This document shows, in pieces, positions 26,178 through 39,127 of a stretch of DNA of 64,000 nucleotides. The position numbers and the translations under genes are program-made. The notes beneath the pieces were generated by a model, which saw only the letters and a program-made list of their open reading frames with translations, was not told the origin of the DNA and ran no database searches. Numbering within the stretch: position 1 is the first letter of the stretch; each line of letters starts with the position of its first letter. Source of the DNA: Octopus bimaculoides (lineage: Eukaryota); NCBI RefSeq assembly GCF_001194135.2, contig NC_068981.1, positions 135,054,458 to 135,118,457 of the forward strand, read 5' to 3'.

Positions 26178-26541
26178 ATTACCTCCGCCAAGGCAGAGGT
26201 ATTGTTTGCAGTCGTGTTTGTTTGTCTGTGGACAAGATATCTCAAGAACCACTCGATGGATTCAGATGAAGCTTCAGGGATGTTTGGCCTCGTGGCTGGT
26301 ATGAACTGATTAGATTTTGGGATCAATCTGGTACCGGACAACGATTCTGGATTATTTTTCCTTTTTTTTTTTTTTTTTTGCTTAATTTTTGAGAGCAGTC
26401 GGGTTCATTTTTAGTATTCTTGTTTGTGAGAGCAGTTGAATTTATTTCAGATATTCTCATTGTAAAAATCATCTCTGACTAATCGCTGAGAGGATGTTGG
26501 TGTTGTCTTGGCAGAGGTTTGTGCTTTCTGAGCACTCTTGT
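26178..26541 (+). mobile_element. Helentron-associated non-autonomous element (HINE/DINE-1-like), copy 1
   Basis: 5' attacctccgccaagg, internal (GTTT/GTCT) microsatellite, subterminal inverted repeat tcttggcagagg (26507-26518), 3' hairpin gtgct-ttctg-agcac (26521-26535). Confidence 0.8.
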
Positions 26542-26549
26542 TGTTATTG

Positions 26550-27125
26550 TTATTTAACATTTGATAGTTTCAGGCAAGTTTCTACTGCATCACCTGCTAT
26601 ACCTCCATGTTGCTGAGGTGTGCACAGCATTGCATGTTCTTTTTTGTTGTTGGGGGAGTGCAAACACTTCTCAGTATTGTATTGCGTCAGTTTTTGTTAT
26701 GGGGTTTGGTTGCAGTCTTTTGTTGTGTTGTATGTGTGTAATGCGAGTTGTCTTCTGTTGGATAATCAGCCTGTTGGTAGTTGTTAATTTTATTGGATAT
26801 TTGCTATGTAGAGTGTGTCTTGTGTTAGTAGATTGTTTTGTTTGAGTTGTATTATTGAATTGATAGTATCTTGTGTAGGATGTGGGCTGTTCCTTGCAGG
26901 GTTATGTTTTGGATAGTGCATAGTGTTGAGGATTCAGGTATAGCTTCTACATTTTTGTGTGTATGTTTTTTTTATCATGCCCAATACTCCAATTATTACT
27001 GGTATTGCTTTTACCTTCATGCTCCACATACTTCAATTTCGAGGTCTTTGTACTTTGACAGTTTCTCCACTTCTTTTTGGGCAATATTTTGGCCAGAAGG
27101 GACTGCACTGTCTATCAGTTAGCAT
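26550..27125 (-). mobile_element. R4/Dong-clade LINE 3' end, copy 2 (different subfamily)
   Basis: Minus strand reads LIDSAVPSGQNIAQKEVEKLSKYKDLEIE..(frameshifted)..LQGTAHILHKILSIQ*, then ~300 bp of 3' UTR. Confidence 0.8.
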
Positions 27126-27204
27126 GTGGTCCCCCCCCCCCCCCCCGCAAACCCTTGATTTTTATGTCTGGGAAATTAGCTTTTATTTCCTTATCATTAT
27201 CATC

Positions 27205-27575
27205 ATTATTATTGAGTGAGAGAGCAGTGCATGCTACCAAAGTTACACTGGGGTACAAATATATAAAAGCCCAATATGCCCATCATAAGGGTACACGAGT
27301 TACATGCATCAGAACCATATGTGTACGACATGGTCTCATATCAACATATACAACTCATGACCTTGTAAATGGGGCCCAGTTAAAATTAAAATTTTCTTCA
27401 GATTGAGTAGCCCATCCTGCTTAAATGGTTGCTGAATAAAGATTTAAGGATAAGGAAACACCTGTGTTTCCTGAGATGAATTATTTAAACCTCAAAGAAT
27501 TCTTCTCAACACATGGCTATGATCCTCCCCCACTACTCCTGTTTGTGATCAGTGATGCACATGTCATCATCAGCC
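27205..27575 (-). mobile_element. AAT-tailed SINE-like repeat (family G)
   Basis: Distinct GC-richer body bounded by (TTA/TCA)n on both sides, with the tail facing left; family assignment is from recognition only. Confidence 0.55.
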
Positions 27576-27606
27576 ATATTATTATTATTATTATTATTAT
27601 TATTAA

Positions 27607-28032
27607 GGTGGTGAGCCGGGAGAATTGTTAGCACATTGGACAAAATGCTTAGTGGCATTTCATCAGCCTTGACGTTCTGAGTTCAAATTCCACTAAGGTC
27701 GACTTTGCGTTTCATCCTTTCGGGATCAATAAAATGAGCACCAGTTTCACACTGGGGTCGGTGTAATCAACTAGGACCCCCTCCCTAATCCAGGCCTTGT
27801 ATCATTGTTTTATTACTATTATTAAATCAGCGAGCTGGCAGAATTAACACGCCGGATGAAATGCTTGGTGGTATTTCAACCATCGCTACTTTCTGAGTTC
27901 GAATTCCGCCAAGGTCAGCTTTACCTCTCATCTTTTCGGGGTCAATAAAATAAGTACCAGTTGAACACTGGGGTTGATGTAATCGACTCATCTCCTCCCC
28001 CTGAAGTGCTACCCTTGTGGCAAATTTGAAAC

Positions 28033-28033
<1 letters not shown>
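27607..28033 (+). mobile_element. Two head-to-tail family B SINEs (27607-~27805 and ~27826-28033)
   Basis: Both carry the gagctggcagaat head and cggggtcaataaaat.agtaccag core, separated and flanked by (TTA)n; many CpGs are retained. Confidence 0.85.
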
Positions 28034-28071
<38 letters not shown>

Positions 28072-31000
28072 CATCATAATTACAACTACTACCATCATCC
28101 TCCTCCTTGTATCCTTTAAAATGTTTTCATCATAAAGTTATGAGGAACTGATTCATTGTGATGAGTAAGATATTTAATTGAAGTTTTTTTTTTAATGTCC
28201 TTATTTAATACTTCTTGTTTTTACAGTATGCCATCTACGTTGAACAAATATGGAAGTTTAAGATGTTTAGATTAAATGGTTGTTACAATAAAAATTTTAC
28301 TGGGCCAAATCTTCACTTAGAACTTTCGTGTATTTATAGAACAAGTTTAAACCTGTATTAACATTTTCAGGATATTTATATAAATCCTTCTGATCTTAGA
28401 TATTGTTCTATATACGCGAATACATGCGGAATAATATATGACATTTACTAAATCTATTTTTAGTTAGCATATCTGTGGCACCCTTAAATGGCATATAAAG
28501 CATTTTCCTACTAGATTCTTATCTAAACAAATAGATTCATACTCTAATAGCTTCTTTTTCCAGTCTAACATTTTCAACAGACCTCTTTTTCACCTTCCCT
28601 CTCCCTTCTAATAAATAATTTATATTGAGAGATTTATTTTTCTAAATTTATGTCTGTTTGGCAAGTTATATTAACAGCTGTATCGTATTTCCTCAGTATA
28701 AGATACAAAATATGATTGATTTTTTTTTTTTAAATGATAATATTGTTGCTATCTCATTTTTATTATGGGCATATGATTTTATGATTCAGGTTTTAAAACA
28801 TGCTGTCATCATCATCATCATCATCATCATCCTTTAATGTCTATTTTCCATGCCAGCATGGGTTGGACAGTTTGACCAGAGCTGCACCAGGCTCCAGTCT
28901 GATTTGGTTTGGTTTCCACAGCTGGATGCCCTTCCTAACACCAACCACTTTACAGTGTGTGCTGGGTGTTTTCAACATGACACCAGCACAAGTATTCTTA
29001 CATAGCACTAGTGCAGGTGCTTTTTTTTTTTTTACATGGCACTGTCTCAGGGCCTCATTAGAAGAAAGTGGTGATTTTACTGAGAGATATTTAGCTGGTT
29101 ACTTGTGTTAGTTAATACAAGATGTTACATAGACATGTGTACTTAGAAGAAGAAAAAAAAGAAGAAAATGGGCTTGCTTATAGCTTAGATTTGAAGATAT
29201 TGTTGCCATGAATAATAGCTAAAGCTGTAGATTTTGGCATTTCAAATTCATCAATTAAAATGTTGTTTATTCTCATTTTCATTTTTCATACCAATTAAGA
29301 TACATATTTTATACAGCTGTTTTTTGTTTTTTTTTCTAATGAGGTTGACTGCACTTCAAAAGTATTTGTGACAGTCAACTAATTTCACGATACAATATAT
29401 TGGAATATTTCAATTTGTTTAATGTTTAGATATTATCTTGTATTTTTATCTTTTAATCTGTCCTTAATTGATGATCAACTTCTAGTTATGTAAACTTAAA
29501 AAAGTAATCTGTGGTAAACATTAAATCTCAATTTCATCTTCTGTTTTGTGATCTCTTACTTGAAAAGTGATTTTAGGATATAGTGCTTTAAACTCTATGG
29601 TTTGGTTTGTATTTTATTCACAAAAGTTGGTGCTGCAGTGTAGCCATAGCAAGTATTGTTGAGATCAGTACGAAATTACTGAGATTTGATGAAAACTTGC
29701 ACCTTACTAACTGTTCCTATATCTTAAATTACCTCTTTCAGCCTTGATATAGCAAAATGCTTTCAACTAATGACTGCAATACTTGTATTGATATTTAAAA
29801 AAATTTATTCCTTCATTTTACTTTTTCCGTTATCATTGTAAAACGTACGTTCTCATGCTGCCAAAGCTTGGATGGTTTAACAGGAACTGTCAAACTAGAG
29901 GGCTGTGCTGAGCTCCAATATCTGCTTTGGCATGATTTCTATAGCAGGATGGATGTCCTTCTTGATGCTAACCTATTTACAGAGTGACTTGGGTGCTTTT
30001 TAGATGGCACTATCTCTAATGAGGTCACTTCAAGTAACTTGCAAGCCAAGACAAGAGTGCTCAACTGAGTGGGGGTATGGCATTGAGGGGGTGACTTTGT
30101 GCCAGGTGTCGAGAGGTTAAAGTATGGCAGAGAGACAGGAACAGTTACCTTGCTGTAGAGGAGATACATGAGATTCTGCCCTTCAAGAACAGCATAAAAT
30201 AAATAAATGTAAATAATCTTTGGAAGTTAACTTCTTGAGGTGATGTTTGGCTTAAATGAAGATTAATAAATTTAAATTTTGAAAAAAAAAATCTCAAAAA
30301 GCTTAAATTCCTTAAAAATTGCTATTGATTATTACAGCTGAAAAAGCAGCAAACTGGCAGAATCATTAGCATGTTGAGGAAAATACTTAGTATTTCTTCT
30401 GGCTCTTTATGTTCAAATTCTGCTGAGAGCAATTTTACCTTTCACCCTCTCAGGGTCACTAAATGAAGTACCAGTTGAACACGGGTCTACATCATCAACG
30501 ACCTCCTACCTGCAAAACCCTCAGGCCTTGTTCCTATAGTAGACAGGATTATTACTGCTGAAAATAATCAATTTGATTATTTATTGATTCAAAAGTTACA
30601 TGTTTAAATTCCATTTGAAATATTTGTTGTTCCTGTAGGCTAAGAAACATTAGTTGACTCAATTGCTACTAACTAGTCTAACATAAGAATTGAATAGCTA
30701 ACACCAGGAACACCAAAATTGCTTGGAATTTTTCCTAGGTGAAATATGCTTGCTCAAAGTTTCAAAGGTTAAAAATGTTTCATTTTTGAGATAGCAGTTA
30801 AATGTAGCTCTAAATTTAATGAAATCCTCAAATTTGGTTCAGCCTCCTACTTTGAGTACCCATACATCAGAACCATACATAGGAGCTGAAATTTTCAAAA
30901 TCAATTAGGTACAGTGACTACTTTATTTAGATGAAATTTCAGGCAACTTGAAAAATACCACTTTTCGAGTTTGGTTCACAATGAGCTGGAATGCCACAGC

Positions 31001-32400
31001 AACAGATTTGGAAGGAGTATACACAGGATCACATCAATGCCAGCCCTAGTAATGGAATGATGTTTTTTTTTTTTATCAACCCTGGTAAGATTAGAACTTA
31101 GAATGTAGAAGGATGTCACTAAATTCCTATTGTGTGGCATTTCAGCCATCACTATTATGCTATCACTATTCTAAAATATCCATATTCATATATGCTGGCA
31201 GTAACAGCTGGTTTGTTTATAAATTCATTGAAAAAAAGAGAAAAAATATAAAATCTTGTTACTTAACATTTCCTGTATTCTAATTGAGCAATCTGTTCTC
31301 GTTTATTTTTCTAAAATACTTGTCCTATATTTGTTTCTGTTAATCATAGTTTTAAAATAAAACAGTTTTGTGACTCCTTTCATGTTATCATCATCATTTT
31401 AATGTTTAAATTTCCATGTTTGCATGAGTTGGATGGAGTTTATTGTAGCATCTTCTATGGCCAGATGCCCTTCTTGTCACCAACTCATTCTTGTTTCCAA
31501 GCAAGGTAATATTTCCCCATGGTCAGACATGCTTTTGCAGAATACTGGAAATGAATGACCTTCATTTACATCAATAACATGATGTCAAGACTAGGAGAGA
31601 GAGAGGTGGGGCATGCACGTATGTGATGGCCTTCTTTCAGTTTCTGTCTACCAAATCCACTGACAAGACTTTGGTCGGCCTGAGGCTATGGTAGACGATA
31701 CTTGCCCAAGTAGGACTGAACCCAGATCTGTGTGGTAGGGAAGCAAACTTTCTACCACACAGCCACATACATAGAAATATACTCAACCACACACACACAC
31801 ACATCACATCATATCAACTTTACTGTCCCAATTGGAAATCCTATCCTTCTTTATACATACTTCTTACAGATATCGACCTATAGACAATGATATATGGATG
31901 CATTTGAGTGGGAGGGTCCTTGAACATCACGAGTGAATGCTTACCTTCCTCCTCTAAACTATTAACACATAAAATATTGTTTAGATGCAGGTCAACTTTG
32001 ATTAAGCAAACCTATGATTACGGCTGTTACCAAATCAAGTTTTATTTAAGCAGTATATCTGGTATTAAGTATATCAATATAACCTCTTTTTATGACAGTT
32101 GAGGGATATTTGACTTTTATTTCTAGCAGGCAACATAAGAGATTCTATAGTATAAATATTTTATAGGGGTGTGTGTATGAATTCTTATTTTTCTGTCTTG
32201 CAAGGTACTTGGTGACCCTGTCAGTGCAGGTGTCACTTAAAGCATCCAGTCCACACTGTAAAGTGGTTGGCATTTGGAAGGGCATCCAGCTGTTAAAAAT
32301 CCTGCCAAAACAGTTACAGAAGTCTGGTGCCAAACCATTCCAGCCATGCCAGCATGGAAGGCGGACGTTAAATGATGATGATGGTGATGATGATGATATA

Positions 32401-32456
<56 letters not shown>

Positions 32457-33637
32457 GCATACACACACGCACACATACAGAGAGTGAGTGAGTGTGTTTG
32501 TTCCTTCCTTCCTTCCTTTCTTTCTCCTTCGAGAATATTGGGAGCACCTGTTGGCAAGGAGAATAAAAATGAGTACCTTCTGATATAACTGAAGTCAATC
32601 CAGAAGGTACTCTATTACGATTGAAGATGATCTTCAGTCCAATCCACGAACCTGCAGACTTACCTACAATATCTGACTGGTGTTTATTTTGTGGATGTAG
32701 TGGATGAATTTTCTATGAGAAGACATAACTTGCTCTTGTTAGCTATGTCCATCTAGGACAAATGTATCATTCCTTTTTGATGGTGTGTGCATGTCACCCC
32801 AAGACATTTGGCATTATGTCGTGCTTGAGAAGAAGACCCACCAAACTGAGCAAAATTGCTGTTGTGGTAGATACTGGCGTCATGCAAATGGCACCCATGC
32901 CAGTGGCACATAAAAGCACCCATTACACTCTTGGAGTGGTTGGCGTTAAGAAGGGCATCCAGCTGTAGAAAACCACATCAAATCAGACCGGAGCCTGGCG
33001 CAGCCTTCCAGCATGCCAACCCAGTGAAACCATCCAACCCATGCCAGCATGGACAACAGATGTTTGATGATGATGATGATGATGATAGCTTGCTTTATTC
33101 TTTCATCCACTCTCTGAACTTCTGTTTTAGTCACCGTCCCAAAAGATGTATTTTTAGTACAATAACTGGTATGAATAGTTACATTCACACCTCTCTGTCT
33201 CTTATCTTATCCTTTCACTTACTTTCTATCACTCACTCTCTCTGTCTCTTACTATTTCACCCAATCTCACTATCTTTATGTTACTTAGTGTATCTTAGGA
33301 CACTTATATATGTGTGCACTGACATGTCTGTCTGCATATAAGTCTGTTTGTGTATATGTAACCACATGTATACACATATCTGCTTAAGTTTGTGTGGTTC
33401 ATATAGGAGTAAAGGTGTATACACATATGTATGTATGTGTGCCTACGTCTATCCATGACATCACTTGGTGTTCAGTTCCCCCAACAGTGCCATTTCAGCT
33501 AGCCTCAAAATTAATTCCAGATATGTGTCAAGAAGTTTGCTTCCTAACCAAGCCACATGATTTCAGGTTCAGCCCCCATGGCACCTTGGGCAAGTGTCTT
33601 CTCCTTATAGCCCTTGACTGACCATGCAAGTGAATTT

Positions 33638-33639
<2 letters not shown>

Positions 33640-33709
<70 letters not shown>
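33640..33709. repeat. (TG)n microsatellite
   Basis: Pure TG run between two + strand family A SINE pieces. Confidence 0.97.
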
Positions 33710-33712
<3 letters not shown>

Positions 33713-35317
33713 CTGTGTGGTAGGAAGTTTGCTTCCCTACCGCATAGTTCTGGGTTCATTCCCCACTATGCGGCACCTTGGGTAGGTATCTTCTACTATG
33801 GCCTTATGTGTGCATGTGTGTGACTTTATGCCATGTTTGTCACCCATTACTGGGGGACAAACACAGAAACAAAGACACACACGGATGCACACATGTTACT
33901 GCTTGACAACCAGTGCTGGTATGTTTACTTCCCCATAACTTGGCAGTTTGGCAAAAAAGACTAATAGTACTGGGATCGATTCATTTGACTAAAATTCTTA
34001 AAAGCAGTGCCACAGTTCCAACGACTGAAACAAATTTGAAAGATATCATCATCATTTTAACACCTACTTTGCCATGTTTACAAGGGTCAGAGTTTATTGA
34101 AGCAGATTTCCTATGGCCAGACATGTTTTTGCAGAATATTAGGAATAAATGACTCATTTACAACAATTACATGATGTCAAGACAAGAAAACACTAACAAA
34201 CCAACACTTACACATATGAACTTGGAATATAAGGAACTGGAAATGGAAGAAATGCTGCCAAGCATTTTATCTAACTCCATAGAATGATATTTGGGGCTAC
34301 CTAATAAGGAAGGAAAGCAATCATTCTGCTCTAATTCATAATTGGTTGCTGTGGTTCATAGGCATAATTAAATACATATTAAGGATGCCTACCAAATCAT
34401 GTTTATTTGTATTTTATTCACTCAAAAACATAGAGGAAAATAGTCAATGTTCATAGAATATGATCTCAAAATTACAAGCTACTGGATAGTTGTTTAATTA
34501 GACCAACATCTCTTACTATTGTGCTGTATTTACTGTGGAAATCAGAATTTAATCTGTTGGCTTTCTTTGTTATATTTGTTGTTGTTGTTCCTTGATAAAT
34601 AGACCTATAATTAAGACCTTCCTAGCTTCTGTTTTTGGATATCTGAGTACATCATATCCAATGTGACTTTTCCTTTTTTTTAAGAATATGGAGATGTGAT
34701 TTCAGGGCAATTTACTATTGCTTCTAGCAGGTCGGGTAGCTCGGTAGACGCTCTTGGATACTATAGTATAAATATGACATAACACAGCTGCCAATACTAA
34801 CAAATATTAAACTCTATAGTCCTTCACTGAATGACGTTTTTGCTATTGGGTTACTGTTGAAATATAACCTTCTTTGTCAGCTGCTATCAGAGTGGACTCT
34901 GTTCTTCTATATACGCTTATTCTGTAGAAACTCCATTTAATTTTCCTTCTTCCATCATACTATCTTCCTCAAGAGCTTCCTTCTCCAGAGATTGTCCTAA
35001 ATTTTTTGTTTAATAATCTTTCTGCTTCAGCTCTACATTCCTCTGAAACTTGAGTCCTACTTTATATTTTCCCAATATTAGGAAAAGCTAGAAAAAATGT
35101 TTGAATGCTGATGCTTCTACACTGGGGTTTAACTATGATGCTTTTTGTCTTACGGACACTATCTTATAGAGATCATTACACATTTAATTATGACAAAATT
35201 GCATTTTCAGCTTCGATGTATTATTAGTTTAAGAGTTTTGTTAATATTTATAATTGTGTTAGCCAATCATTTTATTTTTATTGATTTTCTTTTTTTTTTG
35301 TTCTTTCTTTTAACCAG

Positions 35318-35420
35318 TTGCACATTTTGGCATTCTCTAACCAATGCTAGTGAACCACTTACTGCTCGAACAAGACAAATAGAAGCTAAATCAGATAGTA
35401 GCACCGGCACAGACAAAAAG
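35318..35420 (+). CDS. SUCO: SUCO coding exon (end of signal-peptide region): xCTFWHSLTNASEPLTARTRQIEAKSDSSTGTDKK
   Basis: Long polypyrimidine tract plus taaccag acceptor (AG 35316-35317); donor AAG|gtaatg at 35421; starts phase 2, ends phase 0, matching the next exon. Confidence 0.75.
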
Positions 35421-35548
35421 GTAATGAACTACAACTATTTCTAATTATTATAGACATAAGAACCTTAAACCAAGTAGAAAATTTTATGCATGCATAAAAC
35501 ATACATCTGCATGCATGACTACAATGTGTGTTCAGTGTGTATGTGTGT

Positions 35549-35581
<33 letters not shown>

Positions 35582-35587
<6 letters not shown>

Positions 35588-35925
35588 GCACAAGTGGCTG
35601 TGTAATAAGTAGCTTGCTTACCAACCAAATGGTTCCGGGTTCAGTCCCACTGTGTGGTACTTTGGGCAAGTGTCTTCTACTATAGCCTTCGGAGTGGATT
35701 TGGTAGATGGAAACTGAAAGAAGTCCTTCGTATGTGTGTGTTTTGTACCCCCAACATTGCTTGACAACTGATGCTGGTGTTTTTACATCCCTGTAAATTA
35801 GCGGTTTGGCAAAAGAGACCAATAGAAAAAGTACTAGGCTTACAAAGAATAAATCCTGGGGTTGATTTGCTCGACTAAATGAAGTGCTCCATCATAACTG
35901 CAGTCAAATGACTGAAGCAAATAAA
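35582..35925 (+). mobile_element. CORE-type tRNA-derived SINE (family A), near full length
   Basis: gtggctgtgtaataagtagcttgcttaccaacc..ggttccgggttcagtccc head; ctttgggcaagtgtctt core; tail gcagtcaaatgactgaagc. Confidence 0.88.
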
Positions 35926-36025
35926 TGAATATATATATATATATGTATACATATATAATACATTATATATGTATATATAATAGATATAGATATATATATA
36001 TATATATATATATATGTAATACATA

Positions 36026-37202
36026 CTGCGAAGAGAGAGGTTTGGAGATGCCACTATGAAAGGTTGCTCAATAAAGAGAATGAATGGGAGAAAGAGAGTC
36101 TGCCGAATGTCAACCCAACAGTGGGACCAGCTATCCGAGTTGACAGTACCATGGTAGATAAAGCTATTAAGAGTATGAAGACAGGGAAAGCCCCCAGCCC
36201 ATCAGGAATCACTGCAGAGATGCTCAAAATATCTGGCAGTGTCGGCTATAGCCTAGTCACCTGTATAGTTAACCAGGTGATACATGAAGGAGTCATAGCC
36301 AATGACTGGTGTAGCAGCACCATAGTCAACTGCTACAAAGGTACAGGTGATGCTTTAGATACAAATAATTACAGAGGTATCAAGTTGTTGGATCAGGTAA
36401 TGAAGGTCACGGAGAGGGTCATAGCCCAACTAATTAGGCAGAGGGTCAGTTTAGATGAGATGCAGTTTGGGTTTGTGCCAGGGAAAAGCCCCACTGATGC
36501 TATATTTCTGGTAAGACAGCTGCAGGAGAAATATCTAGCCAAAGATAAACCTCTGTACCTGGCTTTCGTTGAAATGGAGAAAGCCTTTGACAGAATCCCC
36601 CGATCCCTTATATGGTGGTCAATGAAGAAACTAGGGATAGGATGAATGGTTAGTGAGAGCTGTGCAAGCCATGTACAGGGACGCTGTCAATAAGGTGAGG
36701 GTTGGCAACAAGTACAGTGAAGAATTCTGGGTAGAGGTAGGGGTCCACCAAGGTTCAGTCCTCAGCCCCCTCCTATTTATCATAGTCCTCCAGGCAATAA
36801 CAGAGGAATTCAAGACAAGATGCTCCTGGGAGCTCCTCTATGCCGATGACCTTGCTCAAATTGCTGAGTCACTATCAGAACTAGAGAAGTTTCAGGTGTG
36901 GAAACAAGGATTAGAATCAAAGGGCCTTAGAGTTAACCTAGCTAAATCCAAAGTTCTAATAAGTAGGAAGGCAGACAAACCACAAATCCTTTCAGGTAGA
37001 TGGCCCTGCTCGACCTGTAGAAAAGGCTTAGGTAGAAACTCTATAAGATGTACCCAGTGTAAGCTATGGACACATAAGAGGTGCAGCAATACCAAAGGAA
37101 AGCTAACTGGGAAGATAGTTTTTGTATGTGGCAGATGCTCAGGAGCAATAAACACTGAAAATGTGCAGAGAACAACTTCTGCCACATTCCAGGGAGAAAA
37201 AC
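36026..37202 (+). mobile_element. RTE-clade LINE reverse-transcriptase fragment (pseudogenised)
   Basis: ORFs 36064..36645 and 36653..37207 are joined by a +1 G at 36640/36641 (GIDEWLVR consensus). GVHQGSVLSPLLF, YADD at 36839-36850 and a C-terminal CxxC/H/CxxC cluster are present. Confidence 0.95.
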
Positions 37203-37970
37203 AGTAAGACGAAGCTGGCAATGATCATGCTCAAATGTTGTTTTTNNNNNNNNNNNNNNNNNNNNNNNNNNNNNNNNNNNNNNNNNNNNNNNNNNNNNNN
37301 NNNNNNNNNNNNNNNNNNNNNNNNNNNNNNNNNNNNNNNNNNNNNNNNNNNNNNNNNNNNNNNNNNNNNNNNNNNNNNNNNNNNNNNNNNNNNNNNNNNN
37401 NNNNNNNNNNNNNNNNNNNNNNNNNNNNNNNNNNNNNNNNNNNNNNNNNNNNNNNNNNNNNNNNNNNNNNNNNNNNNNNNNNNNNNNNNNNNNNNNNNNN
37501 NNNNNNNNNNNNNNNNNNNNNNNNNNNNNNNNNNNNNNNNNNNNNNNNNNNNNNNNNNNNNNNNNNNNNNNNNNNNNNNNNNNNNNNNNNNNNNNNNNNN
37601 NNNNNNNNNNNNNNNNNNNNNNNNNNNNNNNNNNNNNNNNNNNNNNNNNNNNNNNNNNNNNNNNNNNNNNNNNNNNNNNNNNNNNNNNNNNNNNNNNNNN
37701 NNNNNNNNNNNNNNNNNNNNNNNNNNNNNNNNNNNNNNNNNNNNNNNNNNNNNNNNNNNNNNNNNNNNNNNNNNNNNNNNNNNNNNNNNNNNNNNNNNNN
37801 NNNNNNNNNNNNNNNNNNNNNNNNNNNNNNNNNNNNNNNNNNNNNNNNNNNNNNNNNNNNNNNNNNNNNNNNNNNNNNNNNNNNNNNNNNNNNNNNNNNN
37901 NNNNNNNNNNNNNNNNNNNNNNNNNNNNNNNNNNNNNNNNNNNNNNNNNNNNNNNNNNNNNNNNNNNNNT

Positions 37971-38170
37971 ATATATAATGTGTGTGTGCGTGTGTGTGTA
38001 TATGTATGTGTGTGTGCGTGTGTGTGTATATGTATGTGTGTGTGTGCGTGTGTGTGTATGTGTGTGTGTGTATATGTATGTGTGTGTGTGCGTGTGTGTG
38101 TGTATATGTATGTGTGTGTGTGTATATGTATGTGTGTGTGTGCGTGTGTGTGTATATGTATGTGTGTATA
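37971..38170. repeat. Compound (TA)/(TG)/(TATG) microsatellite
   Basis: Abuts the N gap on the left and the RTE 5' fragment on the right. Confidence 0.95.
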
Positions 38171-39050
38171 TTTGCAGCCTTGTTTAATGCCAGTGAACCA
38201 TTATCCATGCGGACACATTTCTCTCCTACAACATCACGATTCTCTCTCACACACCGTCTTGCAACATGAAACACTTCAAGTCTTTGGTCCTCAAGACGCA
38301 GAACATTGGCAAATTTATTCTTATCTGCTTCCCCTCTGGCTAAGTAAACCTGTCTCCTATCTTCCCTTCTGTCAATCTGATTCAGTTCTCTGCTACCACC
38401 ATTCTTCTAGTCCTTCCAAGCCTGTTTCTTTCTGTCAACTATATTGTTCCACCACCATGTTACCTTGGGTCAAGAGAGGACTTTGCACCATCCACAGATC
38501 GGTCAGTATCCCTCAACAGGTTGTCCCTTTGGAACCTCCAGTTGTCTTCCACAATATGTGATGCTATATCCTCTATTTCATCAAAATCTTCGAGTAATAT
38601 CTCTAAATCTCTGTCCATTCACAGGCTCTTCAAGCTTCCAGATCCTTCTTTTCCATGCTGGTTGTCTTCTAGACATCCATTTAGCCCTGATCCTGAAGTC
38701 ACTAACTACTAACCTATGTTGTGGGGTGCATTCTTCATCTGGGAAGGTTTTGGCATTTATAAGTAGTCATCTTTCCTGTTTCCTGGTGAGAATGTAGTCA
38801 ATCTGACGTGTGTCCACCAGACTGGTAGATGAACAGGTAACTGGCAGGTTTTCTGAAGTTAGTATTACAGACCATAAAATCATTTGCATCACAAAACTCC
38901 AGCAGCCTAGTTCCCTCCTCATTGCAGGAACCAAATCCAAAGCCACCATGTACACCATGGAAGCTCTCTGCATGTTGTCGAATATGCCAATTGAAGTTGT
39001 CAGCCACAAAGAGAAGGGCCTGTCATTTGTCAATGCGAAACAGCAAACAC
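38171..39050 (-). mobile_element. RTE-clade LINE 5' part (APE endonuclease and linker), same family as 36026-37202
   Basis: ..DNFNWHIRQHAESFHGVHGGFGFGSCNEEGTRLLEFCDAND..NTNFRKPASYL..SGGHT..IDYILTRK (APE motifs), then ..CVRENRDVVGEKCVRMDNGSLALNKAA. Confidence 0.92.
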
Positions 39051-39085
39051 TCTGGCTGCTGGTTGTGAAAATAACAACAACAACA

Positions 39086-39127
<42 letters not shown>

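Noticed and set aside
37978-38269. CVCVY/HTHT/YIYI-repeat ORFs (also 32145-32598, 33544-33823, 43572-43929, 56808-57030)
   Set aside because: Translations of dinucleotide microsatellites.
36026-39050. Twin-priming 5' inversion as the explanation for the opposed RTE halves
   Set aside because: Twin priming places the inverted piece 5' of the sense piece with the breakpoint end outermost; the order and junctions here do not fit on either strand.
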